A DNA stretch of 63,375 bases, filler included, from Caldilineae bacterium (GCA_037446815.1; 18 parts of 18 records of this genome joined end to end with filler, not necessarily neighbours in it); one strand, 5' to 3'. Positions 44,505 to 54,811 are shown, counted from the first letter of the whole stretch. Translations and numbers: made by a program. The notes: generated by a model not told the origin, from the letters alone.

Positions 44505-45374
44505 ATGGAGGCTCTCGCCGAAGTGCGCATACCCGCCTTTGAGGGCGTTCACCTGCACGCCGTAAACGCCGGGCCGGAGACAGGCCCGCTGGCGGTGCTC
44601 CTGCACGGGTTCCCGGAATTCTGGCATTCGTGGCGGCGGCAGATACCGGTGCTGGCCCAGGCCGGTTTCCGCGTCGTCGCGCCCGACCAGCGCGGCTACA
44701 ATCTGAGCGACAAGCCGCCGGGGGTGTACGCCTACCGCCTGGACGCGCTGACCGCCGACGTGGCCGCGATTCTGGATTGGGCCGGGCGCGAGCGCGCCGT
44801 CGTCGTGGGGCACGACTGGGGCGGGGCGGTGGCCTGGCGCTTTGCCATGGACTACCCCCACCGCGTGGAGCGCCTGGTCATCATGAACGCGCCGCACCCG
44901 GTGGCTTTCGCGCGGGAGATGCGGCACTGGCCCCAGCGGCGGCGCAGTTGGTACATGTTCTTCTTCCAGATTCCGTGGCTGCCGGAGGCGCTGTTGTCCC
45001 TGTCGCCCATGCGGACGGCCCGCCTGTTCTTCCGAAAGGCGGCCTATCGCAAGAACGCCTTCTCGGACGACGACTTGCGGGCCTTCGCCGAGGCCATGGC
45101 CCAGCCCGGCGCGCTTCGCTCCATGATTCACTGGTACCGCGCCGCATTCCGATACCCGCCCGCCCAACGGGTGAGGCCGATAGAAGCCCCGACGCTCCTC
45201 GTCTGGGGCGTGGAGGACATCGCGCTGGGCGTGGAGTTGACGCGCGGCCTGGACAAATGGGTGCCGAACCTGACGGTTCACTACGTCCAGGAGTGCGGCC
45301 ATTGGGTGCAGAACGAGGCGCCGGACGAGGTCAATGCGGCGCTGGCCGCGTTTCTGGCCAGGCCTGCGCCATGA
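44505..45374 (+). CDS. Alpha/beta hydrolase, epoxide hydrolase-like
   Basis: HGFPE, DQRGY, GHDWGG and GHW motifs. Confidence 0.9.
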   Translation: MEALAEVRIPAFEGVHLHAVNAGPETGPLAVLLHGFPEFWHSWRRQIPVLAQAGFRVVAPDQRGYNLSDKPPGVYAYRLDALTADVAAILDWAGRERAVVVGHDWGGAVAWRFAMDYPHRVERLVIMNAPHPVAFAREMRHWPQRRRSWYMFFFQIPWLPEALLSLSPMRTARLFFRKAAYRKNAFSDDDLRAFAEAMAQPGALRSMIHWYRAAFRYPPAQRVRPIEAPTLLVWGVEDIALGVELTRGLDKWVPNLTVHYVQECGHWVQNEAPDEVNAALAAFLARPAP

Positions 45375-45439
45375 CATCGCCCGTGGCCGCGCAACATAAA
45401 GCAAACGCACTTACAACCCAACACGGAGAGGCTTTGTCC

Positions 45440-47185
45440 ATGGCATCGCTAAAATGGTGGCAGAAGGCGGTCTTCTACCAGGTATACCCGCGGAGTTTTG
45501 CCGACGGCAACGGCGATGGCATCGGCGACATCCCCGGCATCATCGCCAAACTGGACTACCTGCGCGACCTGGGGATTGACGCGATTTGGCTTTCCCCCCA
45601 CTACCCCTCGCCGCTGTTTGACTGCGGCTACGACATCTCGGACTACACGGACGTCGCCCCCGAATACGGCACGCTGGACGACTTCCGGCGGTTCCTGGAC
45701 GAGGCGCATCGGCGCGGCATGCGCGTCATCCTGGATCTGGTGCTGAACCACACGTCTGACCGGCATCCGTGGTTCCTGGAGTCGGCATCCAGCCGCCACA
45801 ACCCCAAGGCCGACTGGTACGTGTGGCGCGATGGCAGGGGCGATGGCCCGCCCAACAACTGGCAGTCCACCTTCGGCGGCCCTGCTTGGGAATACGTCCC
45901 CGCCCGCGGTCAGTACTACTACCACTTTTTCTTCAAACAGCAGCCTGACTTGAACTGGCGCAACCCCGAGGTGAAAGACGCCATGTTCCGCGCCGTGCGC
46001 TTCTGGCTGGATATGGGGGTGGACGGCTTCCGGCTGGACGCCATCGGGACGATCTTTGAGCATCCCGACCTGCCCAACCATCCCGTGCCGATGACCATCG
46101 GCCAGTTGCGGCATCTGGGGGAGACGGCGCAGACCGACGCGGAGCGGGCAGAGTGCGCCCGCCTGTGGAACGACATGTTTCAGTATCAGCATAGCCGCCC
46201 CGAGGTGCACGACCTGATGCGCGAGTTGCGGGCGCTGGTGGACACCTACGGCGGCGACCGCGTGCTGGTGGGCGAGGACGACAACTTGGCCTATTGCCGC
46301 GATGGCGAACTGCACATGGTGTTCAACTTTCCCCTGATGCGCACCGAGCGGCTCACGCCCGCCTGGGTGCGGAAGAATCAGCGCGAACGGCTGCGGGCCC
46401 TCGCCGAAATCTCGCCCAACGCCTGGCCGTGCAACACCCTGGGCAACCACGACTCGCCCCGCGTGTACAACCGCTATGGCGATGGCGTCCACGACGCCGA
46501 ACTGGCGCGGCTGCACCTCGTCCTGCTGCTGACCCTGCGCGGCACGCCCTTCCTGTACAACGGCGAGGAAATCGGCATGACCGACCTGATGCTGACGGAC
46601 ATCGGCCAATTCCGCGATGTGCTGGGCATCTGGTTCTACCAGGCGCAGGTGGACGAACTGGGCGTGCCGCCGGATGTGGCGCTAGACCGGGCCGCGCGTC
46701 TCACCCGCGACAAGTGCCGCACGCCCATGCAGTGGGCCAACGCGCCCAACGGCGGCTTCTGCCCCGCGGACGTGGCGCCGTGGCTGCCGGTGAATCCGAA
46801 CTACGCGCGGGGGGTGAACGTCGCCGAGCAGGACGGAGACCCCGCCTCGCTGCTGAACTTCTACCGGCGGGCGCTACGCCTGCGCCGGGATGCGCCCGCG
46901 CTGGTGGAGGGCGATTACGTGCCGGTTTTCCCCCACGCGCGGGACTACCTGGCGTTTCTCAGGCATACGGTAGGCCAGACGTGCCTGGTTGTGCTCAACT
47001 TCTCGGAGCGGCGAGTGCTGTTGCGCGGGGCAGCGCCGGCGTGGATGATCCTGTCCACCAGCACGGCGAGGCCAACTAGGCCGAAGCCGCTTCCGGGCGG
47101 GGAATGCGTCATCCAGCCCTACGAGGGCATCATCCTGGAGTGGGGCGGCGCGGCGCCACCCATTCGGCTCCGGGCGGTGGATTGA
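45440..47185 (+). CDS. GH13 alpha-glucosidase / oligo-1,6-glucosidase
   Basis: YQVYPRSF, DLVLNHTS, GFRLDA, NHD and RTPMQW motifs. Confidence 0.92.
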   Translation: MASLKWWQKAVFYQVYPRSFADGNGDGIGDIPGIIAKLDYLRDLGIDAIWLSPHYPSPLFDCGYDISDYTDVAPEYGTLDDFRRFLDEAHRRGMRVILDLVLNHTSDRHPWFLESASSRHNPKADWYVWRDGRGDGPPNNWQSTFGGPAWEYVPARGQYYYHFFFKQQPDLNWRNPEVKDAMFRAVRFWLDMGVDGFRLDAIGTIFEHPDLPNHPVPMTIGQLRHLGETAQTDAERAECARLWNDMFQYQHSRPEVHDLMRELRALVDTYGGDRVLVGEDDNLAYCRDGELHMVFNFPLMRTERLTPAWVRKNQRERLRALAEISPNAWPCNTLGNHDSPRVYNRYGDGVHDAELARLHLVLLLTLRGTPFLYNGEEIGMTDLMLTDIGQFRDVLGIWFYQAQVDELGVPPDVALDRAARLTRDKCRTPMQWANAPNGGFCPADVAPWLPVNPNYARGVNVAEQDGDPASLLNFYRRALRLRRDAPALVEGDYVPVFPHARDYLAFLRHTVGQTCLVVLNFSERRVLLRGAAPAWMILSTSTARPTRPKPLPGGECVIQPYEGIILEWGGAAPPIRLRAVD

Positions 47186-47386
47186 GGGGGAGGTTGCCGC
47201 ACTTCGCCCGCAAGGACAGGTGGGGAGTGTCATTGCGAGGGCGCGGAGCGCCTTGAGCAATCCCCCTCACCCCAGCCCTCTCCCGGNNNNNNNNNNNNNN
47301 NNNNNNNNNNNNNNNNNNNNNNNNNNNNNNTTAATTAATTAANNNNNNNNNNNNNNNNNNNNNNNNNNNNNNNNNNNNNNNNNNNN

Positions 47387-47563
47387 ACGCCCTCACCCCC
47401 GGCCCTGTCCCAGCGGGCGAGGGAGCGACGCCCTCACCCCAACCGTATTCGCGTGGATTTGCGTTATTGGCGGCTGCACTCCTCCGAAGTCGCTTCGTGT
47501 CGTGCGGCATTGCGCGCGACGCCAAGCCGCGCGAACTGCACCAACACAGTTTGAAACCGACTC
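47387..47563. mobile_element. CCCTCACCCC modules plus third-cargo MITE end
   Basis: Ends CCAACACAGTTTGAAACCGACTC, 16 bp before TTGACC-17-TATAAT. Confidence 0.7.
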
Positions 47564-47660
47564 TGCACCAAATGTCCCATTGACCCTACGGGGATAGCGT
47601 GTTATAATGGGGGCGCAGGGCTGGCCCCCGAATCTACACAGCCCGCGCGGGGTGGTAGCC

Positions 47661-48398
47661 ATGCGGACTCTGGACCTGAGCGCCTGGAGCCAGCAGGAAC
47701 TGACGTACCTTCTGATCGCCACATTTCTCGCGATCATCTTCCTCATTGTGGCCCTTTTGGTCTACCTGCGCCGCACCCGCCCGCAGCCGCCGCGTGCCGA
47801 AGAGGGCGAGATAGCCCCGCCGCCGGAGATTGTCCTGCGCCGCCGAGGATGGGCGGGCCGCATGGAGGTGGTCATCGGCGGGCGCACGTACCGGCGCATG
47901 AAGGATGTGGACGATGCGGCCACGCGCCGCGCGCTGATGTTGGCCGCGGGCGACCTCGTCGCCTTTGTGGAGCCGACGGCCGCGCAGCCCCCTCCGTCCC
48001 AGCCCAGCCCAGCGCCAGCACCCGCCGAGGCGCCCAGCACCGGCAAGTACTACGCGCCGGCGCGGGAACTGGCCCAGCAGGCCTTTCTCGCCCAACTGGA
48101 GGCGGCCAACCTCGCCACGCCCCCGAGCGGCGGCTGGCTGGCGGCGCTCGGCAGGGGGCTTGGCTCGCGCACCACGGGCGGGTCGGCAGGCTCTTTTGTG
48201 GAGGACATTGAGAAGATTATCCAGCGAAGGTGCAAGGAGCAAGGCATTGACATGTCCGTTCACCTCCGCACCGATGGACAGGGAATCGTCCGTGTGGAGG
48301 TGGACGGCGTCCTGTACGACAGTCCGGGCGATATCCCCGAGATCGCCGTCCGCGAGTTGATCCGCGCTGCTGTGGGAGAGTGGGAGGCGCGTTTCTGA
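47661..48398 (+). CDS. Single-pass membrane hypothetical protein
   Basis: N-terminal TM; two similar V..GG/DG..Y....D/E.....R domains. Confidence 0.7.
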   Translation: MRTLDLSAWSQQELTYLLIATFLAIIFLIVALLVYLRRTRPQPPRAEEGEIAPPPEIVLRRRGWAGRMEVVIGGRTYRRMKDVDDAATRRALMLAAGDLVAFVEPTAAQPPPSQPSPAPAPAEAPSTGKYYAPARELAQQAFLAQLEAANLATPPSGGWLAALGRGLGSRTTGGSAGSFVEDIEKIIQRRCKEQGIDMSVHLRTDGQGIVRVEVDGVLYDSPGDIPEIAVRELIRAAVGEWEARF

Positions 48399-48471
48399 TC
48401 CCGCGTGCCCGCGCGCCGACGCTGTGGCATGCGCCCGCTCCGACTGCAGTCCAGACGAAAGGAGAAGGGAC

Positions 48472-50570
48472 ATGGGCACCAGTATGTTGCGTCCGCCCGG
48501 GCTCCGTCGCCGCGTGCTGACCTGGGTGTGTGGGGTCGTCGGCATTGCCCTGATGCTGGGGCTGGCCGCCGAAGCGATGAGTCCCCCCGCGCCGCAGGCC
48601 CCGGCCGAGCCGGAAATCGTGTTTCAGCAAGCGCCTCTCGCGCCCCCCGAACCCTACGAGCCGCATCCCCAAGGCGGCTATATCCCGCCAGCGGTTGACC
48701 TGTCGCACTTCCACGCATCGTGGGACGGCCCTGCCCCCGCCGCCAACCTGTCGCGCTTTGACTGGCGCACGACGGGCAAGGTAACGTCGGTCAAGAATCA
48801 GGGCGCCTGCGGCGCGTGCTACGCCTTCGCCAGCCTCGGCGCCTTTGAGTCCAAAGTGCTCATAGACAACGCGGGCACATGGGACTTCTCCGAGAACAAC
48901 GCCAAGGAGTGCGACTTCTACGCAGGATCATGCGGGGGCGGCAACTACTTCCGCATGGCGAGTTTCTTCTCGCAGGGGGGCACCATATTGGAATCGTGCG
49001 ACCCCTACGTGGCCTCGGACGTGGCCTGCAAGACAACATGTCCCTATCAGAAGACGCTTCTCGGCTGGGGCATCATATCTGGCGCGTCCATGCCCGACAC
49101 CAACGTGCTCAAGAACTACATCATGACCTATGGCCCGGTGATGACGACGATGTACGCGGGCAGTTCCAACAACGCCTGGCAGCAGGAGTTCAACGCCTAC
49201 AATGGATCGTATACGCTGTACTACACCGGCGCGGGAACTCCCAACCACGGCGTGCTCATCGTGGGGTGGGACGACTCGCTGACCCACGCGGGCGGCACGG
49301 GCGCGTGGATTGTCAAGAACTCGTGGGGCACCAACTGGGGCGGGACGTGCGGCTTCGGCTCCGAGCGCGGCTACTTCACCATCGCCTACAGGTCGGCCAA
49401 GATCGGGTACAACTCCGCCTTCGTGTACGACTGGCAGGACTACGACACGAACGGCGGCATCCTGTACTACGACGAGGCGGGCTGGCAGGGCAGCGCCTGG
49501 GGCGTGGGGAACACCACCCTGTGGGGCCTCGCCAAGTTCTACCCGCCCGCCAACACCAACGTAACCCGCGTGGAGTTCTGGACGACGGATGCGACCACCG
49601 ACGTGGACGTGTATCTGTACGGCGGCTTCAACGGGACGACCCTGAGCAACCTGCTGGCCCAGAAGTTGAACAACACCTTCGCGGAGCCTGGGTACCATTC
49701 GGTGCTCCTGGACACGCCGGTGCCGGTTACTGCGGGCGACGACGTGATCGCCGTGGTCAAGTTCACCAACGCGTCGTACACGTATCCCGTCGCCGCTGAT
49801 CGGGACGGGCCGCACGAGACCGGCCGCACGTACATTAGCGCCAACGGCACATCGTGGACCGACCTGGGCGCCCAGTACTCGCAGGACGTGGCCATCCGCA
49901 TCCGCACGTCGCCCCAGGTGGCGACCACTACGACGCCCACGGCCACCGCCACGCGGACTGCAACGCCATCGGGCGGCGCGCCGGCGGTGGGCCCCTGGTC
50001 GGGCACCACCAGCCGAGGCCAGCCCATGTCGTTTGACGTGCAGGGAGGCGGCGCGCAGTGGGCCAACTTCCGGCTGAAGACGGACTTCGTGGCGACCACC
50101 TGCGGCAACGCCACCGGCACGACGGAGATTACGCTGTCGGGTCCGGGGAGTATCACCGGCGGGCAGTTCAGCGGGGGCACCAGCACCTTCTCATTCACCG
50201 GGCAATTCTCTTCGCCGACGGCGGCCACGGGGACCTATGCGTTCACCAATTACCAGATCATCGTAGGGCTGCCGTATCCGCCCTACATTTGCTACTACTA
50301 CCTGACCCAGTCGGGGACGTGGAGCGCGACGTCTGGGAGCGCGGGCACGGCCACGCCCACGCCGATAGCTACCCGCACCCCGACGCGCACGCCGACGCGC
50401 ACCGCCACCCGCACGCCCACGCGGGCGGCGACGCACACGCCGACCGCAACGCCCGGTGGGATGCCGCCAGGCCTCCATGTTTTGTACAACCATTCCCACT
50501 ACGTGGACGTCGTGAATTGGCTGCACGTCGTGGGCGAGGTGTTCAACAACACGACCGACGACCTCTGGCT
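48472..50570 (+). CDS. Secreted papain-like (C1A) cysteine peptidase with accessory beta domains (3' truncated)
   Basis: QGACGACYAF, NHGVLIVGW and KNSWG motifs; signal peptide; PT/RT repeats. Confidence 0.9.
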
Positions 50571-50685
50571 NNNNNNNNNNNNNNNNNNNNNNNNNNNNNN
50601 NNNNNNNNNNNNNNTTAATTAATTAANNNNNNNNNNNNNNNNNNNNNNNNNNNNNNNNNNNNNNNNNNNNCGTGAAAACCCGAAC

Positions 50686-50714
50686 TTGCCAAACCCGCGC
50701 CTTTCGCGTATACT
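50686..50714 (+). promoter_or_regulatory. tup operon promoter TTGCCA-17-TATACT
   Basis: Near-consensus; contig begins 15 bp upstream. Confidence 0.7.
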
Positions 50715-50743
50715 GTGTCGCGCAAACCGAATATCGGCCAGGC

Positions 50744-50862
50744 TCTCCGAGCTGCGCAGCCTAAGGGCATCGGCCTATGGCGCGCAGCCGCAGCGCCCGG
50801 GTGCAGGCCCGGGCCAACGGTGCGGATGGAAACATCCGCGCCCCCCGTGCTCGGAAAGGAGA
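50744..50862 (+). ncRNA. Moco-family riboswitch with P3 stem
   Basis: P1 TCTCC/GGAGA, P2 with CCTAAG..TATGG, P3 GCCCGGGT-GCAG-GCCCGGGC, P4 GAAA tetraloop, CCCG-TGCT-CGGAAAGGAGA; upstream of tupB. Confidence 0.85.
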
Positions 50863-50882
50863 ACCGCAGTCCAACGCGCATG

Positions 50883-50916
50883 TCGGCTGCTCCCTTCCGG
50901 GCAGCCGATTCGTTTT
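50883..50916 (+). terminator. Terminator-like expression platform
   Basis: TCGGCTGC...GCAGCCGA followed by TTCGTTTT. Confidence 0.6.
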
Positions 50917-50974
50917 GCTATCGGAGCGGATCCCGTTGGGGTGAATCGTGCATTCGCCCCCGAGGAGGTGCACC

Positions 50975-51682
50975 ATCGGCGAAATCTGGGAGGGGCTCAA
51001 ACAAGCCGCGCTGCTTCTCTGGCATCTGGACCCCGAGGTGCTGAACATCGTAGCCGTCTCGCTGCGGGTGTCTGGAACGGCCTTGGTCTTCAGCGCCGCC
51101 ATCGGCATCCCGCTGGGCGCGTGGCTGGGATTCTCCCGCTTCCTGGGCCGCAGACTCCTCGTCGCGCTGCTGTACACAGGCATGGGATTCCCGCCCGTGG
51201 TCGTCGGCCTGTTCGTCTACTTGCTCCTGTCGCAGAGCGGCCCCCTGGGGAGTCTGAACGTCGCGTGGATTCCCCGCCTGTTCACCGTCGGCGCGATGAT
51301 CGTGGCCCAGGTCATCATCTCGTTTCCCCTGGTGGCGGGGTTCACCATGGCCGCCGTCAAGGGCGTGGACCCCAACCTACGCCAGCAGTTGATCTCCCTG
51401 GGCGCGACCCCATGGCAGGCGACGCTCGCCATCCTGCGCGAAGCGCGCTTCGGCGTCATCGTCTCCATCATCGCGGGCTTTGGGAGCATCATCTCCGAGG
51501 TGGGCGCGGTCATGCTGGTCGGCGGCAACATCCAGGGCTCCACCCGCGTGCTCACCACCGCCATCGTGCTTGAGACGCGTCGGGGCGACTTCAGTCTCGC
51601 CATCGCGCTCGCCATCATCCTCCTGGGCCTGTCGTTCGTCAGCAACATCCTCATGCTCCGCCTGCAGGGGAAGACCGCATGA
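50975..51682 (+). CDS. tupB: Tungstate ABC transporter permease (probable ATC start)
   Basis: PPVVVGL, ISEVGAVMLVGGNI and TRVLTTAI motifs; GAGGAGGT RBS 5 nt before ATC. Confidence 0.9.
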   Translation: MGEIWEGLKQAALLLWHLDPEVLNIVAVSLRVSGTALVFSAAIGIPLGAWLGFSRFLGRRLLVALLYTGMGFPPVVVGLFVYLLLSQSGPLGSLNVAWIPRLFTVGAMIVAQVIISFPLVAGFTMAAVKGVDPNLRQQLISLGATPWQATLAILREARFGVIVSIIAGFGSIISEVGAVMLVGGNIQGSTRVLTTAIVLETRRGDFSLAIALAIILLGLSFVSNILMLRLQGKTA

Positions 51683-52410
51683 GCGATTGGGCGTACATGG
51701 GCGAGGGGATCCGCGTAACCTACGGGCGGCGCACCGTGCTGCGCGTGGAGCAACTCACCGTGAGGGCGGGCGACCTGCTGGGCATCGTCGGCCCCAGCGG
51801 CGCGGGCAAGAGCACCCTCCTGCGCGTGCTGGCCCTGCTGGAACCGCCGACCGCGGGCGTGCTGTATTTCGGCGGGAACACCGAACCCGTGCACTGGCCC
51901 CCGCCGCTGGACGTGCGGCGGCGCGTTACCATGGTCTTCCAGCGCCCGCTCCTGCTGACCGACAACGTATTCCGCAACGTGGCCTTCGGGTTGCGCGCCC
52001 GCGGAGCCGACAACATCCGCCCGCGCGTGGAGCAGGCGCTGGAGATGGTTGGCCTGGGCCACATGGCCCACGCGCCCGCTCACACTCTCTCGGGCGGCGA
52101 ACTCCAGCGGGTGGCCCTGGCCCGCGCCCTGGTGCTGGAGCCCGAGGTGCTCCTCCTGGACGAGCCGACGGCCAACCTGGACCCCTACAACGTGTCGGTC
52201 ATAGAAGAGGCCCTCAAGCGCCTGCGCCACCACAACCACACCACCATCGTGCTGGTTACGCACAACGTCTTCCAGGCCCGCCGTCTGGCCGACAGGGTCA
52301 TGTTCCTGCTGGACGGCGAGTGCGTGGAGACCGCCGATACCGAGACGTTCTTTGAATCGCCGAACGACCCGCGGACGCGAGCGTTCGTTCGCGGGGAAAT
52401 GGTGTACTGA
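51679..52410 (+). CDS. tupC: Tungstate ABC transporter ATPase
   Basis: GPSGAGKS, LSGGE and DEPTANLD motifs; operon context. Confidence 0.88.
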   Translation: MSDWAYMGEGIRVTYGRRTVLRVEQLTVRAGDLLGIVGPSGAGKSTLLRVLALLEPPTAGVLYFGGNTEPVHWPPPLDVRRRVTMVFQRPLLLTDNVFRNVAFGLRARGADNIRPRVEQALEMVGLGHMAHAPAHTLSGGELQRVALARALVLEPEVLLLDEPTANLDPYNVSVIEEALKRLRHHNHTTIVLVTHNVFQARRLADRVMFLLDGECVETADTETFFESPNDPRTRAFVRGEMVY

Positions 52411-52416
52411 GTCCTG

Positions 52417-52519
52417 TTCTCCGACTTCGTGAGCCTAAAGGCGCCACGCAGCGCCCATGGCGGCGAAGCAGTAGGGTAAGGCTGGAAACGGCCTTGCCTC
52501 CCGTGCTTGGAAAGGAGAG
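52417..52519 (+). ncRNA. Moco-family riboswitch lacking P3 (Tuco/Wco-type)
   Basis: TTCTCCGA..GCCTAAAG..CATGG..GGTAAGGCTG-GAAA-CGGCCTTGCC-TCCCGTGCTTGGAAAGGAGAG. Confidence 0.85.
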
Positions 52520-52626
52520 GCGGAAATGCAGAAACACGGCTTTCTTACGTGCGCTCCGCCATCTCCGCAGCAGCAAGGAGGTGATGCGGAGCGCATGGTT
52601 TGCTGTTGACCCCCAACGGCACGTTG

Positions 52627-52768
52627 GAGTCGTCCCCAGCCCATGTTGGCAAACAACACGCTCGCCACGTGCGTCATTGCAAGCACAGCGGAGCAATCTC
52701 GCCCCGCAGGGGGTCTCGGGCGGCCGCTCCTTGCAACGGCATTTGCCAGCAACGTTCCGAACCGAATC
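52627..52768. mobile_element. Degenerate MITE relic (type 1)
   Basis: GAGTCG...TGTTGG, GTCATTGCAAGC..GCAATCTC, ...GAACCGAATC. Confidence 0.55.
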
Positions 52769-52805
52769 CCAAAACGACCACCATTCACACCTGTAGGAGG
52801 TTACC

Positions 52806-53675
52806 ATGAGGAGGCTCATCACACTCGGTTTGGCCATTGGGATCCTGCTCAGCGTCGGCGCTTGCGGCGCAAAACCTACCCCGACGCCGCTCCCGCCCCA
52901 GAAACTCATCCTCGCCACCACCACCAGCACCGCCGACTCGGGCCTGCTGGATTTCCTCCTGCCCGATTTTGAGGCGAAGTACAACTGCGACGTGCAGATC
53001 ATCGCCGTGGGCACGGGCCAGGCGCTGGCCACCGGCGCGAAGGGCGACGCCGACGTGGTGCTCGTTCACGCGCGCAGCCAGGAGGACAAGTTCGTCGCCG
53101 ACGGCGATGGCGTGAACCGACAGGATGTGATGTACAACGATTTCATCATCGTCGGCCCGCCGAGCGACCCCGCCGGCATTCAGGGCCTGCCATCGGCCGC
53201 AGACGCGTTCGCCAAGATTGCCCAGGCCAAGGCCCCGTTCGCATCCAGAGGCGACGGTTCGGGCACGGAAACCAAGGAGAAGGCCATCTGGAAGGCGGCG
53301 GGAATCACCCCAGACCCGCAATCGGGCTGGTACTTCTCGCTGGGCCAGGGCATGGGCGACACCCTGCTGTTCGCCAGCGAGAAGGGCGCGTACACGCTTG
53401 CCGACCGCGGCACGTACCTGAGCATGCGTGGCAAACTGAACCTGGCCATCCTGGTGGGCGGCGAGAGCATTGACCAGAACGCGGACAAGACGCTGCTGAA
53501 CCCCTACGGCGTCATCGCCGTGAATCCCGCCAAGCATCCGAACGTGAACTACGACCTGGCGATGAAGTTCATAGACTGGCTCACTTCCGTGGAGACCCAG
53601 AAGCGGATTCTGGAGTTCACCGTGGGCGGGCAGCCGCTGTTCTACCCCGACTCCGCCGCATGGAGGGCGCGGTAG
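52806..53675 (+). CDS. tupA: Tungstate ABC transporter substrate-binding lipoprotein
   Basis: Lipobox VGAC; LATTTS..DSGLL, VGTGQAL, MYNDF and SRGDxSGT motifs. Confidence 0.93.
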   Translation: MRRLITLGLAIGILLSVGACGAKPTPTPLPPQKLILATTTSTADSGLLDFLLPDFEAKYNCDVQIIAVGTGQALATGAKGDADVVLVHARSQEDKFVADGDGVNRQDVMYNDFIIVGPPSDPAGIQGLPSAADAFAKIAQAKAPFASRGDGSGTETKEKAIWKAAGITPDPQSGWYFSLGQGMGDTLLFASEKGAYTLADRGTYLSMRGKLNLAILVGGESIDQNADKTLLNPYGVIAVNPAKHPNVNYDLAMKFIDWLTSVETQKRILEFTVGGQPLFYPDSAAWRAR

Positions 53676-53698
53676 GGCGAATCCCGTAGTCGCCCCGC

Positions 53699-53799
53699 GG
53701 TTCGGCTCCAAAGTCCGTTGGTAACCGCCATTGCGAGAGCACGGGCGACGCCCTCACCCCGGCCCTCTCCCGGCGGGCGAGGGAGCGTCGCCCTCACCC
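53699..53799. mobile_element. MITE end with CCCTCACCCC modules, truncated
   Basis: TTCGGCTCCAAAGTCCGTTGG; similar to the reverse of 11438-11538. Confidence 0.65.
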
Positions 53800-53899
53800 N
53801 NNNNNNNNNNNNNNNNNNNNNNNNNNNNNNNNNNNNNNNNNNNTTAATTAATTAANNNNNNNNNNNNNNNNNNNNNNNNNNNNNNNNNNNNNNNNNNNN

Positions 53900-54004
53900 G
53901 ATTGCTTCGGGCGCTCCGCGCCCTCGCAATGACAAATACCAACAGACTTTAGAACCGGCTCAAGAGCACACACCGCGTAGGGACAGGTCTCAGACCTGCC
54001 CCTA
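53900..54004. repeat. MITE end (type 1) plus GTAG REP
   Basis: CCAACAGACTTTAGAACCGG; GTAGGGACAGGTCTCAGACCTGCCCCTA. Confidence 0.65.
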
Positions 54005-54070
54005 GCGACCCGCCCCCAGCGGCGTGGCAATATTCCAGATGCTGCGGTGAATCGCAGCCGTTGCGCCGCG

Positions 54071-54811
54071 CTACCCCAAATCACCGTACGCGAACAGAAT
54101 GGCCGAGGCCGCCACGAGGCCCGCCGTCTCGGCGCGGAGAATGCGCGGCCCCAGGTGCACCGGCACCACGCCCGCCTGCCGCGCCACGGCGATCTCCGAC
54201 TCGTCAAAGCCGCCCTCCGGCCCCACGAACAGGCTCACCGAGAAGGGCCGCCGCGCCCGATCCAGGGCCTCGCGCAGGCTCGTGCGCGCCTCGCCCTCCC
54301 ACGGGATGAGCGCGAGTTGGCCCGCGCGAGTGGCCCGCAGACACGCCTCGCGGAAAAACAGCGCCGGCGCCAGGTCTGGAAGCCGCCCACGCCGCGACTG
54401 CTCCGCCGCCTCGCGGATGATCTTCTCCCAGCGCCCCGCCTTCCGCGCCGCGGCATCCAGGCTGGACACCACGCACCGCGCGCTGATGACCGGCACGAAC
54501 TCCACGATCCCCAACTCGGTGCCCTTTTGCAGCACAAATTCAAACCGCTGCCCTTTTAGAAAAGACTGGTAGAGGGTGATCTTGGTGCGGGGTTCGGTGT
54601 CGCTGAGCGAGCGGGACACGATGGCGCCGCTGGCCGCCTGCGGGGAGAGTTCCGCGAGTTCCACCTCGTACTCCCAGCCGGAATTGTCCAGCACAATGAT
54701 GCGGTCGCCCGGCGACATGCGGAGCACATGCCGCAATTGGTGCGCGATGTCGGCAGGCAGCGCAACGCGCCCCCCGTCAATGGCCTCTCGCGAAACGAAG
54801 AAGCGATGCAT
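54071..54811 (-). CDS. rsmE: 16S rRNA m3U1498 methyltransferase
   Basis: HVLRM, KGTELG, EAAEQS, GPEGGF and RILRAETA motifs. Confidence 0.95.
   Translation of the reverse strand: MHRFFVSREAIDGGRVALPADIAHQLRHVLRMSPGDRIIVLDNSGWEYEVELAELSPQAASGAIVSRSLSDTEPRTKITLYQSFLKGQRFEFVLQKGTELGIVEFVPVISARCVVSSLDAAARKAGRWEKIIREAAEQSRRGRLPDLAPALFFREACLRATRAGQLALIPWEGEARTSLREALDRARRPFSVSLFVGPEGGFDESEIAVARQAGVVPVHLGPRILRAETAGLVAASAILFAYGDLG

Noticed and set aside
26485..53675. AOR and tupABC as one tungsten gene cluster
   Set aside because: They lie on different, size-sorted contigs; adjacency in the window carries no information.
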